Positions 1 to 9,228 of a DNA stretch of 64,000 nucleotides are shown here, in pieces. Made by a program: the position numbers and the translations under genes. Each line of letters begins with the position of its first letter. Position 1 is the stretch's first letter. The stretch lies in assembly GCA_016935095.1 (NCBI GenBank), contig JAFGRO010000002.1, positions 3,306 through 67,305 of the forward strand, read 5' to 3'. The notes under the pieces are model-generated. The model worked only from the letters and a program-made list of their open reading frames with translations, was not told the origin of the DNA and made no database searches. This stretch comes from Candidatus Woesearchaeota archaeon. GTDB taxonomy: Archaea; Nanobdellota; Nanobdellia; Woesearchaeales; GW2011-AR15.

Positions 1-220
1 TAACTCCTGTTTTTTCAATGACCTGTTTTATCTCATTGATTCCGTCTCTATTAAAAACAGGGTTTTGCGAGATATCTTCTTCAAAAATCCATTCTATGCA
101 ATCAAGGCCAACTTTATTTGCTGAATAAAATTCATTTTTCCAGCTATCTTTAGGAAATGCCTGTATCCTGTTATTTACTGGCGGAGAAAGCCTTCCCTGC
201 ATCACACCAATTCTGTTCAT
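1..220 (-). CDS. Partial CDS (N-terminal 73 aa; continues beyond the window start). Xylose-isomerase-like TIM-barrel sugar phosphate isomerase/epimerase family; last gene of the nonulosonic acid operon.
   Basis: Reverse-complement translation starts MNRIGVMQGRLSPPVNNRIQAFPKDSWKNEFYSANKVGLDCIEWIFEED. The GxMQGRL N-terminus is typical of AP_endonuc_2/TIM-barrel sugar isomerases. Its start codon at 218-220 overlaps the upstream stop (ATGA), indicating translational coupling. Confidence 0.5.
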   Translation of the reverse strand, partial: MNRIGVMQGRLSPPVNNRIQAFPKDSWKNEFYSANKVGLDCIEWIFEEDISQNPVFNRDGINEIKQVIEKTGV

Positions 221-936
221 TTTTTATGACCTGTAGCTAAAAGCATTTTTTCTTTTGCGAATCTTATTAATTTTCTTTGTGAAGTTTCATTTCTGTCTTT
301 CCATTTTAAATAATCAGGCAATAAGCTTATTATTTTCGGAATAAAGTTTAAACAAGGATATTCCCAGATAAAAGGCAACTGCAGGAAATATTCACAGCTT
401 ACCTCTGAAAAACCATTTATCCTCATTGCATTCTGCAGTCCTTTTCTTGTAAAAGCCTTTACATGTGTGTAATCATCCCAGTAATTTTTAAACTGGCTTT
501 TCCAGTCAGGAGTCATAATAACGGCAATTCCTCCTGGTTTTAAAACCCTAAGAGCCTCTTTTAAAATATTTTCTGTATTGGATATATGCTCAATAACAGA
601 TTTTGAAAAAACAAAATCAAAGAAATTATCTTTATAAGGAAGTTTGTCTTTTTCAAGATCACAAGATTCAATCGTGAAATTTTTTAATATTTCAACACAT
701 TCTCTTCTCTTATCAATGCCATAAGCCTGGAGACCGCATCTTGAAAAACCGACCAGGTGATTGCCTTTTCCGCTGCCTATATCCAGAATCCTGCATTTCT
801 TTTTGTTTTTAATTGCATAATGCTTAAAAAATCTTTTGAAAATATAATTACATATTTTTTGGGGATAATCTCTTTTTCCGTACTCTTTCCTGAAATAATT
901 AGTTTCAAGATAGCTTGGCATTCTATAAGACCTCAT
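217..936 (-). CDS. Class I SAM-dependent methyltransferase
   Basis: SAM-binding motif I LDIGSGKGNH is followed by an acidic residue (GIDKRRE) and then a VLKPGG motif. Co-directional with and overlapping the neighbouring genes. Confidence 0.8.
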   Translation of the reverse strand: MRSYRMPSYLETNYFRKEYGKRDYPQKICNYIFKRFFKHYAIKNKKKCRILDIGSGKGNHLVGFSRCGLQAYGIDKRRECVEILKNFTIESCDLEKDKLPYKDNFFDFVFSKSVIEHISNTENILKEALRVLKPGGIAVIMTPDWKSQFKNYWDDYTHVKAFTRKGLQNAMRINGFSEVSCEYFLQLPFIWEYPCLNFIPKIISLLPDYLKWKDRNETSQRKLIRFAKEKMLLATGHKK

Positions 937-1678
937 TAACCTTTTTTCTTAATTCCCTGAATTCATCATTATTTAAAATCTTTTCAGCGTATTTTAAATC
1001 TTCAATTATATCTAAATCTGCTGTTTTATCTGTAATAAAAGCATGTATGAATTTTCCATGGAGCATGTTTGTTCTTTTAATTGTTTCTGGTTTTATTATA
1101 TCAATATATCCATTTGGTTTGAATGTAACAGGAAATTTTTGTCTTGGATAATTATGGTATTCTTCATCTTCTTTAAATTCCTGTTTACAGAAAAAGTCAT
1201 AATAGCCTCCTGCTTTTTTGAATAATTTATAAGGTGTTTCTTTTAGTATATGCGAGCTTCTCAGAGAAGTTGCTTTTTTATCAGTAATCATCTCTTCAAT
1301 TGCCTTATCTATTAGTCTGAAATCCCTGAGCGGTGTTGTAGGTCTTAGGTGTACAATCAAGTTAGGGACATAATTCTCATTTTCTTTGAGAAAATCCAGT
1401 GCATGCATTACCCATTCCCTGTCAGTTGAATAATCACCAGATATATCTACTGGTCTTAAAAAAGGAACTTCAGCTCCATATTTTTCCGCAATCTTCGCAT
1501 ATTCTTCACTGTCAGTGGAGACAATGATCCTGTTAATAAACTTAGATAATTTGGCAGCCACAACTGAATACGCAATTAATGGATGTCCTCCTAAGTTTAT
1601 GATGTTTTTATCAGTGATTCCCTTTGAGCCGCTTCTTGCGGGAATCAGTGCAAGTATTTTTAGATTTGTTTCTTTCAT
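923..1678 (-). CDS. Acylneuraminate cytidylyltransferase family (CMP-nonulosonate synthetase, NeuA/LegF-like), copy 1
   Basis: N-terminal ALIPARSGSKGITDKNI and the following fold are characteristic of CTP_transf_3 CMP-NeuAc/CMP-Kdo synthetases. Sits directly downstream of a NeuB-like synthase. Confidence 0.85.
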   Translation of the reverse strand: MKETNLKILALIPARSGSKGITDKNIINLGGHPLIAYSVVAAKLSKFINRIIVSTDSEEYAKIAEKYGAEVPFLRPVDISGDYSTDREWVMHALDFLKENENYVPNLIVHLRPTTPLRDFRLIDKAIEEMITDKKATSLRSSHILKETPYKLFKKAGGYYDFFCKQEFKEDEEYHNYPRQKFPVTFKPNGYIDIIKPETIKRTNMLHGKFIHAFITDKTADLDIIEDLKYAEKILNNDEFRELRKKVNEVL

Positions 1679-1682
1679 TTAA

Positions 1683-2714
1683 TTATAGATTATCCACTCT
1701 TCTTAGTTTTTTAATTATCGGCTTTTCCGACTCAAATATCTTTTTATTGCCGTCGCCTAAATATAAAGAGAGGAATTCAGCTTCTCTGGTAATATATTCC
1801 ATTCCCTTTTTTTCAAGGCTTGCTGCCTGGTCACTTCCATACATAGACCTGTCCAGGGTAATATGCCTTTCAACTACGCATGCTCCTAATGCGAGTGCAA
1901 CAACCGAAGGCATTATACCTGTTTCATGGCCGCTGTACCCTATAGGGCAGTTAAAGTATTTCCTGAATGTTTTTATAACATTAAGGTTCAGCTCTTCCAG
2001 CTTTGTAGGATAAGTTGATGTGCAATGCAGAATCACAAGATTTTCCTCGCCTAATATACTTAATGCTTTTTTGATTTCCTCCATTGAAGACATGCCTGTA
2101 GATAATATAACCGGCTTGCCTGTTTCTTTTATTTTATTCAGCAATGATTTATTCGTTAGAGTGGCTGAAGCAATTTTATAACATGGCACATCAAATTTTT
2201 CAAGAAAATCAACACTGCCGACATCCCAGGGAGAAGCGAACCACATTATGCCTTTTTCTTTGCAATACTCATCAATCTCTTTGTATTCTCTCTCTCCGAA
2301 TTCCAGTGCCCTTTTTAAATCACCGTTTGTAGTGCCAAAAGGACTTTCCCTTGCTCTTTCTAAGTCCTCTTTTGAATAAACAACATCAACATTCCTTTTT
2401 TGGAATTTAACAGCATGCCATCCGCAATTTACTGCCAGATCAATTAATTTTTTTGCAATATTTATATCACCGTTATGGTTAATACCTATTTCAGCAATTA
2501 AAAAAACGGGCTGCTTATGACCTATTAGCCTGTTGCCTATTTTTACTGGTTCCGGGTTTTTAATATCCAGGAATATTTTTTCATAAAAATTCCAAGCCTG
2601 GATAACTGCCTGGGTCTTATTCAGAATTAGCCCGCTGCTTTCATTGACATAGCTGCTGATCTTTTCATTTAATTCTTCAGGTATTGTTAAAGACATATAA
2701 CCTTGTTTTGGCAT
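1683..2714 (-). CDS. N-acylneuraminate-9-phosphate/nonulosonate synthase family (NeuB/LegI/PseI-like), copy 1
   Basis: FLIAEIGINHNGDINIAKKLIDLA is the NeuB TIM-barrel signature. A C-terminal SAF-like domain (LRRVDNL) is present. Same strand as and adjacent to the cytidylyltransferase. Confidence 0.9.
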   Translation of the reverse strand: MPKQGYMSLTIPEELNEKISSYVNESSGLILNKTQAVIQAWNFYEKIFLDIKNPEPVKIGNRLIGHKQPVFLIAEIGINHNGDINIAKKLIDLAVNCGWHAVKFQKRNVDVVYSKEDLERARESPFGTTNGDLKRALEFGEREYKEIDEYCKEKGIMWFASPWDVGSVDFLEKFDVPCYKIASATLTNKSLLNKIKETGKPVILSTGMSSMEEIKKALSILGEENLVILHCTSTYPTKLEELNLNVIKTFRKYFNCPIGYSGHETGIMPSVVALALGACVVERHITLDRSMYGSDQAASLEKKGMEYITREAEFLSLYLGDGNKKIFESEKPIIKKLRRVDNL

Positions 2715-2816
2715 TTTCCCACCTCTGTGTTATGTACAGTACCTTTTTTTATTTATTTAAATAATTTTCTGTCATAAATTAGTTTGTACAGTACAAGTAC
2801 CGTAATAGTTAAAGAA

Positions 2817-4454
2817 TTATCTCTTTTTTAATATGCTATTTATTGCTTTAATTAATCTGTCATTAGCTTTTCCATCTGTTTTATAACAATATTCATAAGT
2901 CTCATTTTTTCTTTTTTCATTAATAGATTCTCTGAAGTTTTCATCAAATAGCATTTTTTTAATCAATTCATTTAATTTGTCACCGTGCTTAACAATAAAG
3001 ATAGAAGATATTCCATCAAACATATTTTCAAATAAATTCTCTCCGGACTCAAATTTCAGCAAGATACAGGGCCTGTTTAAGATCATTGCCTCAATCAAAG
3101 CAGTTGAGCCGAAGCTAATTACCAAGTCAGATTCCAGAATGGAATTATATAATATATCAGCGTTTTTATTACTTAGTGAGCCAAACCTGAATCTAATGTT
3201 TTTAATCCCAATCTTTTTGATTATTTTTTTATGCAAAGATATGTCTTTTTCAAGAGGATGTGTTTTAATGATAATCTCGGAATCAGGAAACTCTTTTAAA
3301 TTGGAAAACAGATAAAATAAATATTTTTCAAACTTTTCTTTAGGAAGAACTTTAAACTGCACTAGCGGTGAAGATAAGATTAATATTTTTTTTTTCCCTT
3401 TCTTTTTTTCTTTCTTTTTTATATAATTGCAGATACGCTCATTAATAAAAGAGCCAGTAACAAATATATTTTCAGGTTTCCATTCAGAGTATTTGATCAG
3501 TCTTTTTTTATCATTCGGGCCCCATACAGCAATCTTCGAGCTTGGAAAAAATTCAAAATTTATTCCTGTTAAATTATATGCATGAACTAAAAATAAAGAA
3601 GGTATTCCAGAAGAATGGGCAGCAGCAACCGCACACCTTTCCTGCAGACCGGAAACAACCAGTACAAGATCCAGTTGCTCTTTTTTAATAATATCTTTGA
3701 TTGTGTAATAATAAAGCAGGTAAATGAACAATATTTGTTTTGAGAATAATAAATCCAGTTCTTCATTCACAAACTTCAATAAGGATTCTTTTTTATAAGC
3801 AAATAGTCTCTCTTTAATCTTTTTATCTAATCTTTTCCATTTCCCGGAATATTTTTTTGCTTCTTTTAATGAGCGATAAAATGTTTCTTTGGAAATATAC
3901 TTATCAATCCAGTGATAATACCCTGAGGAAAGAGGCTTTTCAAATGGATTAGTGATTCTTGTTCCGATTACAGGAATTAATTCAATTTTATTGTCCTTTT
4001 CAAGTCTCCTGAATAATTCTCCAATTCTGAAAATATCAATTATTTTTCTTTTTTCATCCAGTTTAATCTGGTCAGTATGCGCTAGAAGCATGACCCTTTT
4101 CTTTTTTGTCTTTTTGCTTTTTTTTTTAACATCCTTTTTTTTAATTAACCTGATATAGTATGTGAAAATAATCACGCTAAGAAAGATTCTGAGGCTGAAT
4201 GAGGCTAGTTTCATCATAAGCCTATGAAAAAAAGAATAATCTCTTTTATCTAAAATTGCATTAAACCGTTTTGTGATTTCAAAGAAAGGAAGCGGAAAGC
4301 AGCCGGCATTAAACCTGAATGAATGAAACCACCAGATTGGGATGTTATCATCAATTTTAAAGGAGTCATCAAAACTCTGTTTATTGTTGATTTTTTTTTT
4401 TGACCAAACAAGTAGTGTCTCTTCAATGTTTTTTAAGGTGTCTCTTGTTTTCAT
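2817..4454 (-). CDS. Membrane-anchored GT-B-fold glycosyltransferase-like protein (TagF/KpsS 'capsule polysaccharide biosynthesis'-like). Candidate CMP-nonulosonate transferase. Paralog of 15985..17610.
   Basis: Hydrophobic helix near residue 90 (LASFSLRIFLSVIIFTYYIRLI). Poly-Lys linker KKKDVKKKSKKTKKKR. CAVAAAHSSGIPSLFLVHAYN motif. C-terminal GT-B-like nucleotide-binding region (VISFGSTALIEAMILNRPCILL). Family assignment not confirmed. Confidence 0.5.
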   Translation of the reverse strand: MKTRDTLKNIEETLLVWSKKKINNKQSFDDSFKIDDNIPIWWFHSFRFNAGCFPLPFFEITKRFNAILDKRDYSFFHRLMMKLASFSLRIFLSVIIFTYYIRLIKKKDVKKKSKKTKKKRVMLLAHTDQIKLDEKRKIIDIFRIGELFRRLEKDNKIELIPVIGTRITNPFEKPLSSGYYHWIDKYISKETFYRSLKEAKKYSGKWKRLDKKIKERLFAYKKESLLKFVNEELDLLFSKQILFIYLLYYYTIKDIIKKEQLDLVLVVSGLQERCAVAAAHSSGIPSLFLVHAYNLTGINFEFFPSSKIAVWGPNDKKRLIKYSEWKPENIFVTGSFINERICNYIKKKEKKKGKKKILILSSPLVQFKVLPKEKFEKYLFYLFSNLKEFPDSEIIIKTHPLEKDISLHKKIIKKIGIKNIRFRFGSLSNKNADILYNSILESDLVISFGSTALIEAMILNRPCILLKFESGENLFENMFDGISSIFIVKHGDKLNELIKKMLFDENFRESINEKRKNETYEYCYKTDGKANDRLIKAINSILKKR

Positions 4455-4478
4455 ATTATTATTTCAAATATTCTTTTG

Positions 4479-6227
4479 TTAATGATATTCATTATTCTTC
4501 AATATTGAATCCAGAAACTTTGAATTATTATAGATGGCATTAGTAAAATCATCTATTTTTCCGGAATTAAATGCTTCAATAATCTCAAGAATTCCCTGTT
4601 CAGCCTTTAGTTTAGTCCTGAAATTTAATTCTTTTTTAATTTTATCAAAATTCACTCTATAGTCTCGTTTATCAACATCTTTAAGCGAAATGTTCATCTT
4701 TGAGCTGGGAATTAATTCTTTTATTTTTTCTCCTATTTCAATAATTTTATAATTCTCTTCATTAGAGCCAACATTAAAAATTTCTCCTTTTACTTTGTTA
4801 ATAGGCGCTTCCAGAACTTTGATGTATGCGTCAGCAGCATCTTTTACATGAAGCAAGGGTCTCCATTGCTCTCCTCCGAAAACTGAAAATTCTCCTTTTT
4901 TTATGGCCAACGCTGTCAATATGTTCAAAACCAAATCAAATCTTGGCCTGTGAGAGAATCCGTAAAGTGTGCCCATCCTCATGATTGTAGGAGAAAAGTT
5001 TTCATCAGTTAATTCAAATAAACCTTTTTCACTGTTAATCTTGTCTCTTGCATATAACGAGACAGGGCTTAATTCTGAGTCTTCTGTTAAAATATCCTGG
5101 CCCTGCCCATAGACACTGCAGCTGGAGGCAAAAATAAACCTGTTAATCTGGTTGTATTTGCATATCTGAGCTAAATTTAAGGTTGCAAGATAATTCTGCT
5201 CAATTGTTTTTAAGGGGGATAAACCACATGCAGGATCTCCCACTATTCCTGCCAGATGAATCACAGCATTAACATCTCTTATTGATTTTGTGATATCTTC
5301 AATATGCCTTACATCACCTGTAACCAACCTGAAATTCGGATGATTTTCCAATTCACTGAGAGACTCTTTCCCGTATAATAATCTGTCCAGAACAACAACC
5401 CAGTATCCTCTTTTTAGGAGTTTTCTGACCAAGACCGAGCCCAAATACCCTGCGCCTCCTGTCACAAGAACAGAATTTATTTTTTTGTTTTTATAAGTTG
5501 AATAATTACTAAGATAATCATAGTAACCTTTGTTATAAACCTGTTTAAGTGCAGTTACCCTGGCTTCTTTATCTAAAACAGGGATTTTAAGAAATTTATT
5601 ATGGGGGATTAATCTAATTAGCTCTTCATTATCCATATTTTCTGTTCCGGTGACTGGATTTTTATTCATAATTTTGCCAATAGGCTCTTCATGACTTACT
5701 CCGGACAGAATTCCCTCTCTTATATCATTATCTGTAACAAGTCCTTTTAACCTTTCATTATCATCAACAATTAATCCAATCCCTAACCCGGATAAATCAA
5801 TCTTTTTCATTACAGATTTTAAAGAGTCATTTTTATTTACAAACACTTTCTCAAGTTCTTTGCCTTTTATTGAAACAGGCAACTCACTAAACTTGATAAA
5901 AATGTCAGCAACTTTATTGTCATCATCCACTAGGATAAGTTTTCCGACAATATCTCTTTTTTCAGTTAGTTCAATAAGTTCCTGTTTAGAAGAATTAATG
6001 TGGGCTGTAACTGGATTAAAATTAGCAATGCTTTTCAGCTTTTTGTTAATGTCATTATCTTTTATAAGGCCTCTTCTTAAATCCCCTGCGCTTACAATGC
6101 CTTTTAGCTTTTTATCCTGGTCAACTAATATGAGAATGCCTAACCCTGTCTCATTTAATATGCCTAGTCCTTTTTCAATAGTTTCATCCTCATTAACAAG
6201 AAGGGAATCTATAATGCCCTCATTCAT
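4479..6227 (-). CDS. Fusion protein: N-terminal tandem CBS domains plus C-terminal NAD-dependent sugar-nucleotide 4,6-dehydratase/epimerase (PseB/LegB/CapD-like)
   Basis: The N-terminal ~240 aa carry repeated CBS-like segments (VTAHINSSKQELIELTEKRDIVGKLILVDDDNKV; LKGLVTDNDIREGIL). The C-terminus has the Rossmann motif VLVTGGAGYLGSVLVRKLL and an SDR extended-family fold. Confidence 0.85.
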   Translation of the reverse strand: MNEGIIDSLLVNEDETIEKGLGILNETGLGILILVDQDKKLKGIVSAGDLRRGLIKDNDINKKLKSIANFNPVTAHINSSKQELIELTEKRDIVGKLILVDDDNKVADIFIKFSELPVSIKGKELEKVFVNKNDSLKSVMKKIDLSGLGIGLIVDDNERLKGLVTDNDIREGILSGVSHEEPIGKIMNKNPVTGTENMDNEELIRLIPHNKFLKIPVLDKEARVTALKQVYNKGYYDYLSNYSTYKNKKINSVLVTGGAGYLGSVLVRKLLKRGYWVVVLDRLLYGKESLSELENHPNFRLVTGDVRHIEDITKSIRDVNAVIHLAGIVGDPACGLSPLKTIEQNYLATLNLAQICKYNQINRFIFASSCSVYGQGQDILTEDSELSPVSLYARDKINSEKGLFELTDENFSPTIMRMGTLYGFSHRPRFDLVLNILTALAIKKGEFSVFGGEQWRPLLHVKDAADAYIKVLEAPINKVKGEIFNVGSNEENYKIIEIGEKIKELIPSSKMNISLKDVDKRDYRVNFDKIKKELNFRTKLKAEQGILEIIEAFNSGKIDDFTNAIYNNSKFLDSILKNNEYH

Positions 6228-7417
6228 TTGCAGGCCTCTTTAACTTCAGTTTTGAATTTATGTATCCTGATAATAGCTTTACATATTTTGTTAATTGTCT
6301 CTTCATCCATGAAATTATAGATAGGAAGACAAATCACATTATTTGAAACAAGTTCAGTATTTTTTAAATCATTATATTCTGCTTTTTCTTTATAAGCATC
6401 AAGTTTATGCATCGGAGGATAAAAATAAAATTTTGTCATAATATTTTCAGCATTCAATGCTCTTGCTAATTCATACCTGTTTAATCCAAATTCATTTTCA
6501 TTGACAGTAAATCCAAAATCCTTGTGTGTGGAAACATTTCCCTCTTTAATAATCTGGAAATTGATGCCCTGAATGTTTTTTAGTTCCTTTTTAAATTTAT
6601 CAACATAACTGTTCCTGTTTTCAACATATTTATCTAAATCTTTTAATTGGTGCAATCCTGTGACTGCGTTGATTTCGCTCATCCTTGCATTTAAACCAGG
6701 CCTCTTGCAGGAATAATCAGGATAATTGCCATAGTTCCTGTCAATTTTTAACATTTCAGCTAATTCAGTGTTATTTGTGGCTACTATTCCTCCTTCTATT
6801 GTCGTCAAAAGCTTTGTCGGGCTGGCACTGAAAACCTCAACATCACCAAACTGCCCGATTTTTTTTCCCTGATAAGATGAACCTAATGCATGGGCACAGT
6901 CAAAGATTAATTTTAAGTTATGTTTGCTGGCAATTTCCTGTAATCTCTCAATATAACAAGGGTTTCCATACATATGTACAGCAATAATTGCCTTTGTTTC
7001 AGGACTGATATTTTTTTCAACTTCTTCAGGTGAAATAGTAAATGTTTCCCTGTCAATATCAACAAATCTGATTTTGCAGTTATTCCAGTATGCGGCATGG
7101 ACTGTTGCAGAAAAGGTAAATGCAGGAACTAGCACTTCTGAATTTCTTAAACCAAGTGCCTGCATACTTAAAATTAAGCCGGATGTACAGGAAGAAACGC
7201 CTATAACATGTTTAACACCAATATAGTTTTCCAGTTCCTCTTCAAATTTCTTTAGTTTAATATCAACAGAAGTAAGCATATTGCTGTTTAAAACAGCGCT
7301 AATGTCTTTCAGCAATTCTTTTTCAACATATTTATCAACATTGGGCCTTATAATCGGCAGTCTTTTATCAAAAACAGCTCTCCCATTTAAAATTGCAGGT
7401 TTATTGTCCATTTTCAT
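6224..7417 (-). CDS. DegT/DnrJ/EryC1/StrS-family PLP-dependent sugar aminotransferase (PseC/LegC-like)
   Basis: Aminotransferase class V-like fold with the PLP-lysine context FSASPTKLLTT. The ORF track starts it at 7477, but the MKMDNK start at 7417 avoids a 77-nt overlap with the upstream gene. Confidence 0.85.
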   Translation of the reverse strand: MKMDNKPAILNGRAVFDKRLPIIRPNVDKYVEKELLKDISAVLNSNMLTSVDIKLKKFEEELENYIGVKHVIGVSSCTSGLILSMQALGLRNSEVLVPAFTFSATVHAAYWNNCKIRFVDIDRETFTISPEEVEKNISPETKAIIAVHMYGNPCYIERLQEIASKHNLKLIFDCAHALGSSYQGKKIGQFGDVEVFSASPTKLLTTIEGGIVATNNTELAEMLKIDRNYGNYPDYSCKRPGLNARMSEINAVTGLHQLKDLDKYVENRNSYVDKFKKELKNIQGINFQIIKEGNVSTHKDFGFTVNENEFGLNRYELARALNAENIMTKFYFYPPMHKLDAYKEKAEYNDLKNTELVSNNVICLPIYNFMDEETINKICKAIIRIHKFKTEVKEACK

Positions 7418-8075
7418 TATCTCCTTTAAAAATAAATTTATTTCCATATACTTCCAGGTAAGGTAAATCCCTTGCATTTGGAAAATATGTTGCTTTTAAT
7501 CTTCTTTTAATTTCATTTTCATCCATATCAAGGCTTAATTTACATAGTTCCTGCAAATCTTTTCTTGTATATGGTCTTCTTAACCATTTCTCATCTGACC
7601 TGGGTAAGGGTTTCTCTTTTTCAATGAATTTGAGAATATCATAAAATAAGGTGAGCATATAATCCATGGTTCTTTCTTTTAAAGATTGTACTGTATCTGT
7701 ATCCTGCATCTGGAATTTGATGGTTTTCACAATTTTTCCAGAATCAACTTTTTCCAGCATATAATGACATGTGGCGCCAAATTCCTTTTCCTGATTATAA
7801 ATTGCAAAATTATAACAGCCGATGCCAGGATATTTTGGGGATGCGGGATGGAAATTTATTGAAAACTTGGCTTTATTCAATAATTCTTTTGGAACAATCC
7901 AAGGTGAAAGATACGAGATAATATAATCACCTTCCCATTCAATATTGGGGAGAGGGTCACCGCTTTCACCTTCAAATATTTCTGTATTCGGAATTTTATT
8001 TTTAATACAATCCTGAACAATTTTGCAGTATTTTGATTTTTTTGTTAATAATAGGATTTTCATTTTTAATAACAA
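7401..8075 (-). CDS. Sugar N-formyltransferase (Formyl_trans_N family)
   Basis: FHPASPKYPGIGCYNFAIYN...GATCHYMLEKVDSGKIV matches the formyltransferase SLLPxYRG/HxxxxxxDxG catalytic-core pattern. Sits between the aminotransferase and the 2-epimerase, in the slot usually filled by an N-acetyltransferase. Confidence 0.75.
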   Translation of the reverse strand: MLLKMKILLLTKKSKYCKIVQDCIKNKIPNTEIFEGESGDPLPNIEWEGDYIISYLSPWIVPKELLNKAKFSINFHPASPKYPGIGCYNFAIYNQEKEFGATCHYMLEKVDSGKIVKTIKFQMQDTDTVQSLKERTMDYMLTLFYDILKFIEKEKPLPRSDEKWLRRPYTRKDLQELCKLSLDMDENEIKRRLKATYFPNARDLPYLEVYGNKFIFKGDNENGQ

Positions 8076-9217
8076 ATCTGCTTTTGGATTATATCTTTTG
8101 AAATTTTGATTTCACTTAATACTTTACAGATTTTAACTGAAGCAGTCCCTTCTCCATAAGGGTTTTTTATGTTTTTTAATAAATCTTTAAAATTTTCATC
8201 ATATAATGCTTTATTAATCGCTTTAATAATATCAGATTTGTCAAACTCAACATCAATCACGTTATTGCTTCTTTCTCTTAGCTTTTGCCTTATGCCAATA
8301 TTTACCACAGGTATCTTAAAAGAGGGAGCTTCTATTATACCTGAGCTTGAATTTCCGATTAAAACAGAACCATATTTTAATAATGAGAGATATTCTCTGT
8401 GCTTTAAATTTTTAAAAATTCTTAAAAATTTTTGATTCTTATTTCCCTCAATTATTTTAATTATCTGAAGAGTCCCAGAATCAGCATTGGGATAAATCAA
8501 TACTGTTGGCAAATCAAATTCTTTAATTGCATCAAGTGTTATTTTAAATTGTTTTCCTGAAGACCCGATTTCAGTTGTGACAGGATGCTGTAGAAGTATT
8601 AAAAAAGGCATATCCGGATCAATATTGAATCTTTTTTTGAAATCTTGTTTTGACATTAATTCTTCATGCAAAGCAGTATCTAGTCCTGAAGAACCCACAT
8701 TAAAAACATAATCCGGATTTTCTCCCATTTTAATTATTCTCTGTTTACTTTTTTCTGTAACTGCAAAATGAATATGGCTGAATTTTGTTATGGCATGTCT
8801 TGTGCATTCATCAAGACCTCCTGAAACATCCCCTCCGTGAATATGGGCAATAACCTTATTCATAAATGCTCCTGAAACAGCAGCAGCCAACGGCTCTGTT
8901 CTGTCACCTAAAATCAATATAATATCAGGATTTAAGTCTTTGAAAGCATTGGTTAAATTAATAATGCCTTTACCAACAGACCTGCTCATAAATTCTCCGC
9001 TGTCTCCGACTTCAGTCATTGGGACTTTTTTATCAATTGCAAAACCGTCTTTAATAATGTCTTCATAGGTATTACCGTATTCTTCCAAAAGGTGCATGCC
9101 CGTTGCAATTAACTGTAATGTGATTTTGTCATTTTCAGCTAGTCTTTTTATAATTGGCCTTAAAAGCCCGTATTCTGCTCTGGTTCCGGTCACAACACAA
9201 ATCTTTGTTTTTTTCAT
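8066..9217 (-). CDS. UDP-N-acetylglucosamine 2-epimerase family, hydrolysing type (NeuC/LegG-like)
   Basis: KICVVTGTRAEYGLLRPIIKRL and HIHGGDVSGGLDECTRHAITK are Epimerase_2 (WecB/NeuC) signatures. Confidence 0.85.
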   Translation of the reverse strand: MKKTKICVVTGTRAEYGLLRPIIKRLAENDKITLQLIATGMHLLEEYGNTYEDIIKDGFAIDKKVPMTEVGDSGEFMSRSVGKGIINLTNAFKDLNPDIILILGDRTEPLAAAVSGAFMNKVIAHIHGGDVSGGLDECTRHAITKFSHIHFAVTEKSKQRIIKMGENPDYVFNVGSSGLDTALHEELMSKQDFKKRFNIDPDMPFLILLQHPVTTEIGSSGKQFKITLDAIKEFDLPTVLIYPNADSGTLQIIKIIEGNKNQKFLRIFKNLKHREYLSLLKYGSVLIGNSSSGIIEAPSFKIPVVNIGIRQKLRERSNNVIDVEFDKSDIIKAINKALYDENFKDLLKNIKNPYGEGTASVKICKVLSEIKISKDIIQKQICY

Positions 9218-9228
9218 TTATTCCACTC

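Noticed and set aside
757-1225. Several 60-78-aa plus-strand ORFs (757..939, 915..1151, 1043..1225) overlapping the methyltransferase and cytidylyltransferase genes
   Set aside because: All are antisense to well-supported minus-strand genes, and their translations are low-complexity and Phe/Ile/Ser-rich. Spurious.
6913-7098. Same-strand nested ORF (61 aa) inside the aminotransferase gene
   Set aside because: Out-of-frame internal ORF within a conserved DegT-family coding region. No evidence for overprinting.
7401-7477. 77-nt overlap between the formyltransferase 3' end and the aminotransferase 5' end as annotated by the ORF track
   Set aside because: More parsimoniously, the aminotransferase starts at the internal MKMDNK methionine (7417). 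This leaves the genes adjacent rather than overlapping by 25 codons. Therefore not reported as an overprinted region.
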